DNA from: a virus
Taxonomy: Duplodnaviria; Caudoviricetes
Direction: 5' to 3' (one strand)
IMG/VR virus record: IMGVR_UViG_3300030099_002804
Span: 1-61,030 of that record
DNA length: 61,030 nt
The position numbers and the translations under genes are program-made. Numbering within the stretch: position 1 is the first letter of the stretch; each line of letters opens with the position of its first letter. The notes under the pieces were generated by a model. It saw only the letters and a list, made by a program, of their open reading frames with translations, was not told where the DNA came from and made no database searches. Shown piece by piece: positions 37,151-48,900 of this stretch.

Positions 37151-39397
37151 ATGCAAGTAACACATACAAGTGGTCGCAAGATTACTATACGAAGGCGTGA
37201 CCCCGAGACTTTAGAACGAATACAGGAGACTATTGAAACCTACCCATACTGCTTTGTACCAACGGCTAAACTAACAGACACTTATGGTTTAGTTAGGACT
37301 GAGCCGGGTTATGAGGGAGTGTACGGGACTGAATTGACTAAGGTTTATTTTAGGAATGAGTTTGACCGTAGGGACTGGGTTCGAGCAAACCACACTTGGG
37401 AGGGCAACATATCGTTTGCTAATCAAGTGCTGAATGATAGGATAAAGGACAAGGAACCTTATCCTAACTATGAACACAGGGTATGGTATATTGATGGCGA
37501 ATGGAAAAAGGACTCTGAGGAAATTACAGTCCTTAGTGCATACGATTCCTATACCGGCAAAATGTTCACATGGGTTCAGCACCCCGACATTACGCCGGGC
37601 TACCATAGTAGTCTGCCCTGCAAGAATCACCCCGATGGTTTGACAGAAGTGCATTTTGAAACACAAGTCAAAGCATTCGTCAATGAGCGTCAACTGCTCG
37701 CTGATTTTGCGGCACACATGAAGAAGAATGACCCCGATATTCTAACTGGTTGGTATTTCGTGGATGCTGATGTATCAACTATCAGCACCCGCATGAGGAA
37801 ACTAGGGCTTGACCCACGCAAAATGTCACCGCACAATCAACACAATTACAAGTATGGTGTAACCGAAAAGCGTTGGACTCAGCCTATCCCCGGTCGCACC
37901 TGTATTGACTTGATGATTGCTTTCAAGAAGTTATGGACTATCAAGAATGGGCAACTAGCAAGTCAAAAGTTGGATGATGTTGCAGAGTTTGTGCTGGGTG
38001 AGCGCAAGGTTGAGTTGCCCGATGGGCACGACACCTACTACACTGATATAGGCACATATGTTGATTACAATAGGCAAGATGTCAGACTGTTACCAAGATT
38101 AGATGAAGAGTTGAATGTAATAAACTACTACACATCACTACAACACTTAGTCCAGTGTGACATAGAGACTGTCCCTATGACTACTGCGCCTGCTACCAGC
38201 CTGTTCATACAGGATGAGGAGTTTGAAGGGCGCATCCCCGATGACCCACGCTTTGCTATGGTCGAGTATCAAGGTGCTGATATACAAGAGCCGGAGCCGG
38301 GTCGCTATGAAAACATGGCGATTATGGACATCAAGGCCATGTATCACTCTAATGTCAAGTTGCATAACATTTCATGGGACACGCTGAGTGACGGTGGTAA
38401 AGACTGTGGTAACGGTAGCAAGTTTTTACAGGATAAACCCGGTCTGCTTGGTAGGGTCATGGATAAATTGACGGTTAAGCGTAATGAATACAAGGCTTTG
38501 ATGAAAGCGGCTACCACTGATGCTGAGAAGCGCAAGTGGGATGCTATGCAGTTTGCTACAAAGTCAATGGTTGCATCCCTATACGGTGTGTCCGGCGATT
38601 CAAAGTATGGTATGTATCACCCCGAGATTGCGGCGGCTATCACATACACAAGCAGACAAACACTATTCCGTCTGCGTGATGAGTGTAATGACCGTGGCTA
38701 TCCTGTGCGATACGGCCACACAGACTCTATCTTTTGTGAAGTCCCTACACCCGAGGAGGGTATGAAGTTGGTTGAGCAAATCAACGAGTCTATGGCACCT
38801 ATCGAAACCGAGTTTGAGAAGTGGTGCGAGTCTATGATACTCAAGGCTAAGAATCGCTACGCTGGCAAGGTGACATGGACTGACGGCACCCACCATGAAC
38901 CACAGTATTATTACAAGGGGCTTGAGTTAAAACAGGCTCGTATGCCAAAGGCCATGAAGGAGGCTATGGATGGTACACTAAGGGGTATTCTTGACGGTAA
39001 AGACCGTGAGGATATTGACGATTACTTGGCTGGACTAATCAAGGCTGGTAACGATGGCGAGTTGGGCGAATCCCTTTTAATGAAAGGAAAATTACGCAGA
39101 CCTATTCATAAGTACAAGAGCATTAGTGGTGCTATTGCTGGCGTAGTATGGGCTAAGGATAATCTCAACAGGATTTATGAAGTGGATGAGTCGTTCTTGA
39201 CGGCTATCGGTGCCGGTGGGCAATACTATGCCTTTGATAAGGTGGAGGACTTGGATGGTATCGCTAAGATTGATTGGTCGGAGATGACTGAGCGATTTAT
39301 AGTCAACAAGGCTTGTGACATCTATGACCTAGTTAACTGGGACACTCAGCCCCTATGGAACGCTCATCGTGGTATTGGTAATGTTAAGTGGTTATGA
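37151..39397 (+). CDS. polB: family B DNA polymerase
   Basis: Exo I YIDGE, Exo III YNRQDV, DIKAMYHS, K...ASLYG, YGHTDS, KNRY. Confidence 0.95.
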   Translation: MQVTHTSGRKITIRRRDPETLERIQETIETYPYCFVPTAKLTDTYGLVRTEPGYEGVYGTELTKVYFRNEFDRRDWVRANHTWEGNISFANQVLNDRIKDKEPYPNYEHRVWYIDGEWKKDSEEITVLSAYDSYTGKMFTWVQHPDITPGYHSSLPCKNHPDGLTEVHFETQVKAFVNERQLLADFAAHMKKNDPDILTGWYFVDADVSTISTRMRKLGLDPRKMSPHNQHNYKYGVTEKRWTQPIPGRTCIDLMIAFKKLWTIKNGQLASQKLDDVAEFVLGERKVELPDGHDTYYTDIGTYVDYNRQDVRLLPRLDEELNVINYYTSLQHLVQCDIETVPMTTAPATSLFIQDEEFEGRIPDDPRFAMVEYQGADIQEPEPGRYENMAIMDIKAMYHSNVKLHNISWDTLSDGGKDCGNGSKFLQDKPGLLGRVMDKLTVKRNEYKALMKAATTDAEKRKWDAMQFATKSMVASLYGVSGDSKYGMYHPEIAAAITYTSRQTLFRLRDECNDRGYPVRYGHTDSIFCEVPTPEEGMKLVEQINESMAPIETEFEKWCESMILKAKNRYAGKVTWTDGTHHEPQYYYKGLELKQARMPKAMKEAMDGTLRGILDGKDREDIDDYLAGLIKAGNDGELGESLLMKGKLRRPIHKYKSISGAIAGVVWAKDNLNRIYEVDESFLTAIGAGGQYYAFDKVEDLDGIAKIDWSEMTERFIVNKACDIYDLVNWDTQPLWNAHRGIGNVKWL

Positions 39398-39433
39398 TAA
39401 CACATATATACTGACGAACACAAAGGTGATAAT

Positions 39434-39718
39434 ATGGCAGAAGAACCTAGAAAGCCCAAGAAGATGACAACACAACAACTGACCTACGCCGTTCATTCAC
39501 TTGAACAGGCATTCAACAATATAGCCGCCGCTATCGGTAACGATATGGCACAGGTTATGAATGTCCTCGGCGGAATGCTAAGGCATTTGGATTTACTAGT
39601 GGACATCAAATGTCCCGATTGTGGTACTGAGTTGAGTCACCCTAAGATGGATGGCGTACCTATGCCTACAGAATGTCCGGCGTGTGGCGGCAAGTTGAAC
39701 CTAGACGAAGAAGAATGA
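39434..39718 (+). CDS. zinc-ribbon protein
   Basis: CPDCG...CPACG. Confidence 0.65.
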   Translation: MAEEPRKPKKMTTQQLTYAVHSLEQAFNNIAAAIGNDMAQVMNVLGGMLRHLDLLVDIKCPDCGTELSHPKMDGVPMPTECPACGGKLNLDEEE

Positions 39719-39747
39719 TTATTAAACAAACTGAGGGTGGAGTAAAT

Positions 39748-40050
39748 ATGGCACGAATACTTGTTGTGACAGATGATGCGGAGATTATCTCCGAAGCACT
39801 TGATACCTATGGTCGAAGAGATGTGTATATAGCACTAGATAACACAGTTGCTAACAGGCACAAAGCGGAGGCACTTGGGATTGATAGCAGATTAAATCTT
39901 GTTGGCTCCGATGCAGACCATGACCTATTCGACACCGTTCTTGGTGGCTCAAAGAAGCCCACTAAGAAATCCGCCCCAAAGAGCAAGAAGGAATCACTTG
40001 CTAAAGAAGTTGAGGCGGTAGTAAATGAAGAGTCCAAAAAAGTACTCTAA
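39748..40050 (+). CDS. hypothetical protein with Lys-rich tail
   Basis: GGAG RBS before MARILVV. Confidence 0.55.
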   Translation: MARILVVTDDAEIISEALDTYGRRDVYIALDNTVANRHKAEALGIDSRLNLVGSDADHDLFDTVLGGSKKPTKKSAPKSKKESLAKEVEAVVNEESKKVL

Positions 40051-40987
40051 GGAATGGTATGCGCAAGAGGGGGCTAATCACGGCCACTCTAACCCAATCA
40101 AAGCGTCTGCTAACGGATGGCCCGTTAGGTTATCTAAGTCGGCATTTATGACCTATCTTGGTTGCCCCCGTAAATACTGGTGGAGTAATGTAGCCGAGAT
40201 TCGCACACCGCAGAATCATTACATGGCTCATGGTACAGGAGTCCATAGAGCATTAGAAAATCTATACGGCAATTGGAAAAATGAAGATGGTGAAGCCTTT
40301 CAAGACTTGGCTCTCATTGATTGGGAGGATGGGTCGACCCATCAGCCTTTTTTGGAATGGAATAAAGACCAACAACAGGTCTATTCTGACTCCATAATTT
40401 CACTTTTCCAATTGGAAAATGAGAGATTAGAGCGTTGGGGCGAGGAACATTTCGCTCCTGTTGAGTTTGAAATTAAGCATGTTGTTAATCATCCCAATTC
40501 TAATTTCCTATTGGTGGGCAAGATTGATGGTGTACATAGGCATCCCGACGGCGGCCTTGTAATTACTGAATTGAAAACAGGAAAAGCAACTAAGGGTAAA
40601 TTGACTAAGACTCGCAAGGAGTTATGTTTCTATCGCCACATGCTATCCCTACTAGGATTCGATGAGGCAGTGTATTTCTATTACCTGTTCCCCGAGGCTA
40701 CTAACACCGACTTGTATCTCGAATTAGAGGGCAAGAAGGACACTGAGGTTTGGCTTGGTGAGAAGCAGGGCATGGCGGTGCTTGAGAAGGTCTCTAAGCG
40801 TTCAGTCAATGCCATGTACAAGTCCTTAGACAAGGCTATCGAGGGCATTAATGGCGACATATGGGGTATGAAGTGGAATGACTACTTCTGCACTGAATGG
40901 TGTGAGTTTTCAATGTCATGTGAAAGTCAAATGGTTGGGTTAGATGATGACCCAACACTTTCATATAGTGGAGAAGAGGAGTGGTAG
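40025..40987 (+). CDS. Cas4/AddB-like PD-(D/E)XK exonuclease
   Basis: CPRKY, GTGVH, GKIDG, ELKTG, C-terminal C..WC....C Fe-S ligands. Confidence 0.85.
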   Translation: MKSPKKYSKEWYAQEGANHGHSNPIKASANGWPVRLSKSAFMTYLGCPRKYWWSNVAEIRTPQNHYMAHGTGVHRALENLYGNWKNEDGEAFQDLALIDWEDGSTHQPFLEWNKDQQQVYSDSIISLFQLENERLERWGEEHFAPVEFEIKHVVNHPNSNFLLVGKIDGVHRHPDGGLVITELKTGKATKGKLTKTRKELCFYRHMLSLLGFDEAVYFYYLFPEATNTDLYLELEGKKDTEVWLGEKQGMAVLEKVSKRSVNAMYKSLDKAIEGINGDIWGMKWNDYFCTEWCEFSMSCESQMVGLDDDPTLSYSGEEEW

Positions 40988-40988
40988 T

Positions 40989-41180
40989 ATGATGAGCGAT
41001 AATGAGTGTCCGAAATGCGATAGCATGATGTCCGAAGAAGTAGCCTTTTTGGTGACAGGTCAAGTAAATGGCCCAAGAGCAACAATTAAGTTACTGGTCT
41101 GTGACGATTGCGGCCATACTATGAAAGGTGAAGATGATGACGAAGCAACTACTGACATACCCGAGGGAGATAGGTCTTAA
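40989..41180 (+). CDS. zinc-ribbon protein
   Basis: CPKC...CDDCG. Confidence 0.6.
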   Translation: MMSDNECPKCDSMMSEEVAFLVTGQVNGPRATIKLLVCDDCGHTMKGEDDDEATTDIPEGDRS

Positions 41181-42171
41181 ACGGGCTATTGCTAAGAATG
41201 GTAGGGTGTATTCTGACTACCTTAGCAAAATGAGAAGCAAAACTTCTTGTTACACCAGCCTATATTCCTTCGCTAAGATGGATAATGATAATAAACCGGA
41301 CTACAGATATGCAGTGATAGACCGAGCGTGGTGGGATTTTGATGCGGGAGAACGAGGAGGAATTGAACAGGTCAAGCAAGATGTCGCCCAACTCATCTCT
41401 CGCTTGGAGGGTGATGTACGGGTCGTGGCGACTGGCCGTGGATTCCATGTCCACCAACTATTCAACAAGAGCGTGGTCGGACAGGAGTACAGACTACCCC
41501 TTGAACACTACCAAAGACGAAAAGCAAGAGGATTAGTTACGCTTGATGGCGTAGGGTTTCCCGAGAAGATGACTCGTATTCCTAACACATACAATCCTAA
41601 GCGTGGTCGCTGGTGCGTAGTCATACCTACTGAGGAGTTTGTTAACAACCCTATGGGTTACGATATACCTACTATGCCTATGCGCTTAGATAGAAAACAT
41701 CACCCCTTTGGTGAAGCAAATACAGGCGTGGAGGCGTTTGATTTCCTTGCTTGGTGCGCTAATTACCAACCTATACAGGATGATTATACCTTCGCAGATA
41801 GTGTGACTCTTGACAGTGACACCTTGACGGCAGGCTCAGTCCCGCTAATGCCATGCTTGGCAAGAGCGATACACCAAGACAAGCCTAATCACCATGTTAG
41901 AGTAGCGTTGGTTCAGCATATGGCAGATACTCTTAGGGACTTTGCCGACCCCGAGGCGATAAGCACCGAACAAAAGCGTGAGATTGAGGATGAGATATTC
42001 AACTTCGTCAAAGGTCTTGGTTGGTCTAACTGGAATGCTACTGCATCCCGCAAGGGGATTAGAAGTACGATGAAGTATAGGCGTGTCCCGTCATGCTCAT
42101 GGTTCGTAGCCCGTGGTATGTGCGCTAAAAAATGCTGGAGATACGATGGTTCGGCAGACATTCCCGAATGA
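41128..42171 (+). CDS. archaeo-eukaryotic primase, PriS catalytic domain fused to PriL-like Fe-S domain
   Basis: DFD, TGRGFH, RIPNTYN, then MPC, H..R and PSC...C...C. Confidence 0.85.
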   Translation: MKMMTKQLLTYPREIGLKRAIAKNGRVYSDYLSKMRSKTSCYTSLYSFAKMDNDNKPDYRYAVIDRAWWDFDAGERGGIEQVKQDVAQLISRLEGDVRVVATGRGFHVHQLFNKSVVGQEYRLPLEHYQRRKARGLVTLDGVGFPEKMTRIPNTYNPKRGRWCVVIPTEEFVNNPMGYDIPTMPMRLDRKHHPFGEANTGVEAFDFLAWCANYQPIQDDYTFADSVTLDSDTLTAGSVPLMPCLARAIHQDKPNHHVRVALVQHMADTLRDFADPEAISTEQKREIEDEIFNFVKGLGWSNWNATASRKGIRSTMKYRRVPSCSWFVARGMCAKKCWRYDGSADIPE

Positions 42172-42204
42172 GGTTAAATAACCAAAAGCACCCAGCGTAT
42201 AGTA

Positions 42205-42933
42205 ATGCTAGTGGTGGATGACCGAGAGAATGACCTTTTGATTCACAAACTATATGCGTCTATGGGCCGCCATGATGAAGGCGGTCATGTTAAAGTCAAG
42301 CGGCTACCTTCTGCCGATTATGTTATCGGGGAGATAGGGATAGAGGCTAAGGAGATAAATGACTTGTATCATTCTATCATGGGTCACGGTCGCTCTCGCA
42401 CAATCATTGGGCAGTTGGTGGATTTACAGGAGTCATTTGAGCGACCTATGTTAGTAGTCTATGGCACCAAGTTGAAGCCGTATCTGCCGGGCAGAAGGCC
42501 CAATCGTGCTGAGATTGCTAAAGAGATGAAAAAGATGCAAGCAGTAATCAAGAAGTTTAAGCAAAACTTCGTGATTCAATTCCCAAACATTCAATTCATG
42601 GAGTTATCAAGTATGGATGATATGGTGGATTGGTTATCATCTGTGCATCACAATCTGCGTATTAGACAGAAGCCTATATCTGAACCTGCCGAAAGAACCC
42701 GCCGAAGCAATCGCAAGGTGGACTTGCGTGTTAGAGTCCTTGCCGCAATTGACGGCATCTCGGAGAGAGCAGCCCATGATTTGTTAACCGAGTTTGGCTC
42801 TATTCCACGCCTGTTGCGCTCTCGCACAAGCCAGCGAAAACTCATGGAGATAGAGGGTATAGGTCGTAAAAGAGCCAAGGCTATTTTATCCCTGCGTGAA
42901 CGCTACCCCGACCAGCCCGACCGTCACTCGTAA
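42205..42933 (+). CDS. ERCC4/XPF-family nuclease with HhH2 domain
   Basis: VDDRE, ADY, IEAK...DL..SI, tandem HhH (IDGIS, IEGIG). Confidence 0.88.
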   Translation: MLVVDDRENDLLIHKLYASMGRHDEGGHVKVKRLPSADYVIGEIGIEAKEINDLYHSIMGHGRSRTIIGQLVDLQESFERPMLVVYGTKLKPYLPGRRPNRAEIAKEMKKMQAVIKKFKQNFVIQFPNIQFMELSSMDDMVDWLSSVHHNLRIRQKPISEPAERTRRSNRKVDLRVRVLAAIDGISERAAHDLLTEFGSIPRLLRSRTSQRKLMEIEGIGRKRAKAILSLRERYPDQPDRHS

Positions 42934-45900
42934 CTCATTTGGTTGGACTGACTATCGCCGGACACAGAACGGCTATCAAACCCTACCTGTATGTTGTGTA
43001 GTGTTACGCTACTGTATTGTGCAGTATCGGGAGATACACCTGCGGCACGACTAATTTTAATCTCGATAGTGTTATTCGGTATATCTAAGCCGTCTAATCC
43101 ACCATTAAATAATGTCACAGAAGAATTGGTACCCACTGCTAAAGTAACAGTTCTATTAGCAGTAGCGCCGGTTTCGACACACTTTACTTCTATATCCAAA
43201 GAAGCAACACCGCTTGCGGCACCTAATGTGTACCTACCCATTATGTTTGCTTGCCTACTGTTGCTATTTTGAGGGACTCTAACCACTGTTGTGAACTCGT
43301 TATACGCTTGGGCCGCATCAGTAGCACCAGCAAAAGACATTCCGTTGCTAGTCATAACTGCGTCACCCGAGGATGGGGTGATGAATGAATCCACACCCTC
43401 AACTCCCGATGTCTTTTTTGGTGCAATCGCTGGCTTCTTTTGACCCAAAACTGCGAAGTTACCACCCAAAACGCTGTCATTGTTGAACTCCATACTACCC
43501 TTAATTTTGTTACTAAGCCCACTACTCAATATGTTACTACTAATAGTCTTGGGTGAGTTACTAGATAAGTTAGTACCATCCACATTAGGCCCGGTACCTA
43601 CCTGTGTTAGTGGATTAAAGTCCACGCCAGTAGTAGTCCCAAACCCAACTCCGCTAGTACCGCTACTATTCCAAGCACCACTAACAGGAGTACCGCCAAA
43701 TCCACCCCAATCAAATGTACCGGAGCCTTGGGGTTTAGATGTATCACCACTGGGCCCGCCCCTACCACTTGTGCCACTACCGGGGGTCTGTGTTCCCCCC
43801 TTGTTAGTTGCTGGCAAAAGCAAAGAAGCGAAGTTCTGAATGCTTCTGCTAACATCTCTCTCTAGTGTTAATTGTACTTGTTGCCTATCGGCACCCCTAG
43901 CAGACCACTGTACCTGCTTGATACCCATAACTTCATTACTTAATTCTAATACCGAGTCCGTGTATGAAACTTGAGTTCCCGGTACAAAGTTTATATCGTC
44001 ACAGATGTGCAAGCGAGGAGCGTACCACTCAGACCTGCGCCCCATATAATTTACTTCAGTCTCATTCCACTTTCTCATCCCAAGAGGGAATAGACTATCT
44101 CCATTTATAGTTGAGTGAGTCGAGCCACCATAAACACTACCATTTGCTAATGTTCCTGTACCACACCTATTCTTTGCTACCGCTAAAAGATAGTCATAAT
44201 TAACTGATAGTACAATTCTTTCAGTGCCATCTCGACCTGTCCAATATGTGCTAGGAATATCTATTTCATAATAACCGTTTGAATCAACCGAAACGCTGGT
44301 GCTACTTCTTGCGCTTGCTACGAAATCTCTATCTGTCCAATCGTAGTCTATTAGTCGCACCCTAAAGACTGGATTTATTGCAGTAGCGGCGTATGAATCA
44401 ATTGTACCGTCACCTACTTCAACAACAAATCTCAGTTTGCCGTCTGCATTTATGTTTGAACCAGCAGGTGTTTTCATTGTTGTTTTTGGCATGTCCCTTG
44501 GTATGTGTACTACCTGCAAAGCATAACTCAAAGATGCCGCACCATACCAATAATACATTATATCATATGTTTTTTGTGTCATAGGGATTATGTAATTAGA
44601 GTTACCATCCCTACCGTTAAGAGCAGACACCATACCGGGGAATAGATTGCCTCCCCATATGCTAGTCCATGCCCACGCTTTATCCTCCACATAAGAACCA
44701 CCTGTGCCATATGTTCTCGGGATGGTTCTTGATTGGTCGGCAATATAACCGTATCTTGCTCCATTAACCATCATGTCATCAAGACCGGACATTCTGTAAC
44801 TATTGTCGAAGTTCAGTATTTGAGCGTCTATTGTCAACGGTGCCCCCTTATTCTTCTCATATTCTGCCTTTGCTACTGCCAGTGCTTCTGCATTCGTAGT
44901 TACAGAAGGCATATTGAGTATCTCCCAGCGTGGAGTTTCGCCCAAAGTGGGGGTAGGGTAGTCAACAAATGACCCACCAGCACCATAAAACACCCTAACA
45001 TTGGTGATTTGTTTGTTGGACTGAGTGTTGAGGGTGGAAACCCTAACATTATCTCTATTAAGAGCCAAGTTCATATCATAGTTTGGTCTGTATGAGGGCT
45101 TAGAGTCACGCCCCATCAACCATGAGAATACCTGTCTAACTCCATTAGTTCCTCCTAAACCAGCAAGTGATTGTGAACTTGAGTATATTGTAGTTATTGT
45201 AGTGTTTCTGCAATCATTTACGCCGCCGAAATCATCAACCGAATTAGTCAATCTCCACCTACCAAAAGAACCCGACCCTGCTACTGATGTAGTGTTGGGT
45301 ATGGTAAAAGTATCATTAGCAGGTACCGCAGTGATTACTTCAGTCTTAGTTTTTCCTAATAGGCTGATTCTTTCACTATCTATTACTGTAACACTGTCGC
45401 CTACGGACAAGCCGTGTGGTACTCCTGTGGTAAAGGTGGATGAACCACTACTAGGGGCGGTTATCGCCGTGATTATCCCTCCCCTACCAGTGGTGTTACA
45501 GTCAGTAAATACTGTTGCCATATCCCTTGTGATTGGTACTGTGCTAATATCGTGCATACCGTATAGTCTTGATTGGCTTATCCAATTCTTAGTTAGACAA
45601 TCTAAGTACGACATTCGCAACTTTTCACTATCCCACCAAGTACCACTTGCTTTGTTTTCAATAAACCCGTTAAGTGCCATAATAAGGCGCATAGGAAACA
45701 CATTACCTAACCCACCATAAACAAGAGCGTCTGTGTATGAGTTTTGGTTGTCGGGGTTTAGTGAAATACCTATCTCCGCTTCGTTATTAGGTATTGTTAT
45801 ACTACCAGTAGCACCGGTGTATGTTAAATAAAATGCAGCGTTAACGCTACCGTAACCCTCCCCATTCCATTCGCCAGCAGTAGTGGTGTTTTTTACAGGC

Positions 45901-48900
45901 ATACCTAACGATAATAATGTTCTCAATGGTCGTGTGTTTAAGGCATCTAATTTACCTGTGCCCGCACTAATAGTAACACCCGCATCAATAGCAATTGTCA
46001 GCGTGGTTGTTGCCGCATAGGGTGTTGCTGGGTTAACTGCATTTATACGAGATATTGTGTAGTCCCCATCTATACTCGGAGTAGTTGTGCTATCTCTAAT
46101 CGTAATTTTATGACCGGTCCTGTACATATGGCCTATTCTATTAACTGCACCCGAAGTATCTGTGATTGTGACAAACCCTGCGCCGTCTGCCGCAAATGAA
46201 ACTGCTCTATCCTTAAACGGATAAGCCGAACCATCCCATGTTCCGGTTGCACTATAGGTTGCGAAGTGGAAAATTGTATTTTTTTCCTCGGAACGGATTT
46301 GACCTACTTGTGTGTCAATTGGAGGCAACACGCTTGCGTTAGTCAATTGTATAATCTTATCACCAATCTCTATTTCAGTTTCTAATGTAGTAGGGTCATT
46401 TACTAGGTAAATGTAATTACTATTCCACGAACTACTGTTAACTATGTTTTCGTATGTGGTTGGGGCTTTAGTCCAATAGTTGTCAATTAAAACAGGGAAC
46501 CCTTCAGTTTCCACTAGGTAATCACCAATCTCCTTTCGCCCTCCCGAAGCCTGTCCGGTTTTACCACCGTTGCTAACAGTGTTTAGGTTGAAAAACTTTG
46601 AGGAATCTATGATAACAAAGGAACCACCTTTTTCCTCCCAGTTATGGTACTTAGTGTTAGATTCGTCATTAGAGGCACCGGTGGCACTGCTCCACGGATT
46701 ACCTGTTATGGGGTCAGTAGTAGCATCAATCTCCCAAATATCAACATCTTCGCCTATTTTCAAATCAACAAATCTTTCCCTATCCTGTACTGCTGATATG
46801 TTTGTGTCAGCGATACCCAAAGACAATTCGTAGTTGCCCGAATAAGGTGTCATCAAACCAAACTGCTTTTTCCTACGAGAGTTGTCTGCATCAGCACTGC
46901 CATCATTACGCATGTCGGCCCAAAGAACCCAAATGTGTTTATAATCATTTTTATCGAGCCTTCTTATTGCATAATTAGAACCCGAAGGGTGGCTACGCTG
47001 GAAAAAGTTGGTTTCGGGCAAAGTCAAAACAGTTTGCCCGTATTTGATTGTAACTCCAGTGTATTCATCATTTACTCGATAGTCATTAGGTATGGTATTA
47101 TTTCCAGCAATCACTTGAGCATTAGTTTGAGTAGGTAATCCGGTATCTTGATATGCGGTATTTGGACTAACTGCTCCAGTAGGGCTATTCGTTTGCCCTA
47201 TCCATCTAAATTGACCGTTAAGTACACCACCCGAACCGGATGAATCATTAGGCCCAAATCTTCTCATACGATAAGCCCAATAATCCACGCCATCAATTGT
47301 TAATTCCCTAGGGTGATTACCGAGAGGAGTTCCGGGTATATATGATGTCTCATTCATGGCTAATGTGTATGACTCAAGCATTACCGATGGCAACCCACCA
47401 CCCTCGATAGTCATAGTATCTGTGTTTAGTCCTATGTCGCCGTGATTTGCATATGCTGTTTTTGGTACAAATAACATTATTTCGTAAATATAACCGGTGT
47501 AGTCGGGGGCTGTTGCGCCATACTTATTGATTAACTTGTAATAGTGTCTGCTGTTGGCTTGTGTGGCAGATGCGTTAGGGTCGGACAAAATCCTTCCTTC
47601 ATACACCCTAACTATACAATTTGTTACCGTATTGGTAGTGCTTATGCCTGTATAAACTCCCGAATCAACAAATAAGTCATCGTCAATAAACTCAATACTA
47701 CCAGTGGAACTAAGATTGGTCGCTACTCCGTTTATTGTTATTGTTGTGTCGCCGGGAGTGAAGTCTGAAGAAGTGGTGCTTATGCTCCTCCAACCGTTAT
47801 TACCGTTACGAGCAGTTCCGTAGTATGTTGTATCTCGCCCTAATACATTCATAGGAGTTTTTTCGATTTTGGAAAATAAGTGTGTGAACCACGGAGATAG
47901 TCTTAGGTCTTTTATCCATCTTGAGTGAATGCTGCGATATGCTGTGTCTGCGGTAGCATGGCCGCCTGTGATAGCCGAATCCCAATCATCATAAGCGTCA
48001 TTTGGCCCTTTTGTATCTTCACCGGAATACATCTGAATAGGGTGGGCAGACCTGTTCCTCATCCTACTATCCAAATGCCATTTCCATGTACCCGTTCCGT
48101 CTTGTACTTCATTGAAACCTAAGTCTTGGTTTGCTGATTCTAGTAGGGATGCACCGAAGTAATAAGCGTTAAGTTGATTTTGTGCCTCGCTTCTATCATA
48201 AGCCACTTGTGCGGTAGTGTCACCTTCTGCTCCTTGACCCATTTCCCATGTAGGTAATTGAGTATCAAGATTAGCGAAATAATCAACTGCATTAATCTTC
48301 ACCGTTGGGGTTCTCCCATTACCATCTTGCGAGTATGACATTCCCGTTATGCCGCCTCTCCATAGGGGGCGGTCAATACGATTATGGAACATTAACAAAG
48401 ACCATTCGGAGTAGGATGATTGATTAAAGAATGAAATTAACTTTAGTTGAGCATCGTCATCCACTACACTAACCGATAAACTAGAGGATGCGTTAGTTGT
48501 TGCGGTACAGTCGAAGTCAACTGCGGGTGGCATTTCGGTAGTGCTTAGTGGGTAGTCGTTTAGTGGTCTAATCAACCCTACTCTATCAATCAACACGCTA
48601 ACTTTTTTTGCCGCCTTCTTAACATCTAACTCCCAACCGTACATATCAGCCGCAGTGAATTGAGAACCGTCGGCCTTCGTTCCTATTGAGTTACCTGTCG
48701 ATACAGATGCGCCATTTTTAACGATGTCATATGTCCCTGCGGTGTAGTTCATAATGAAGTCGTAATCATCCCATAGAGTGTCCATACTGGTTCCGGCATA
48801 TGTAGTCATCTCTTGGAACCCTATGGGTGTTATTTCGTAATCAATAGCGGCTCTTGTGTAACCAGTATCTCCACTAACAGTTGATGTAAAAGCAGTGCCT

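Noticed and set aside
37151-39397. Intein or intron in PolB, terminase or MCM
   Set aside because: Protein lengths are compact and I see no intein splice-junction or endonuclease motifs.
40025-40987. Cas4 as part of a CRISPR-Cas or casposon system
   Set aside because: No cas1 or array. Solo Cas4-like nucleases are common in archaeal virus replication modules.
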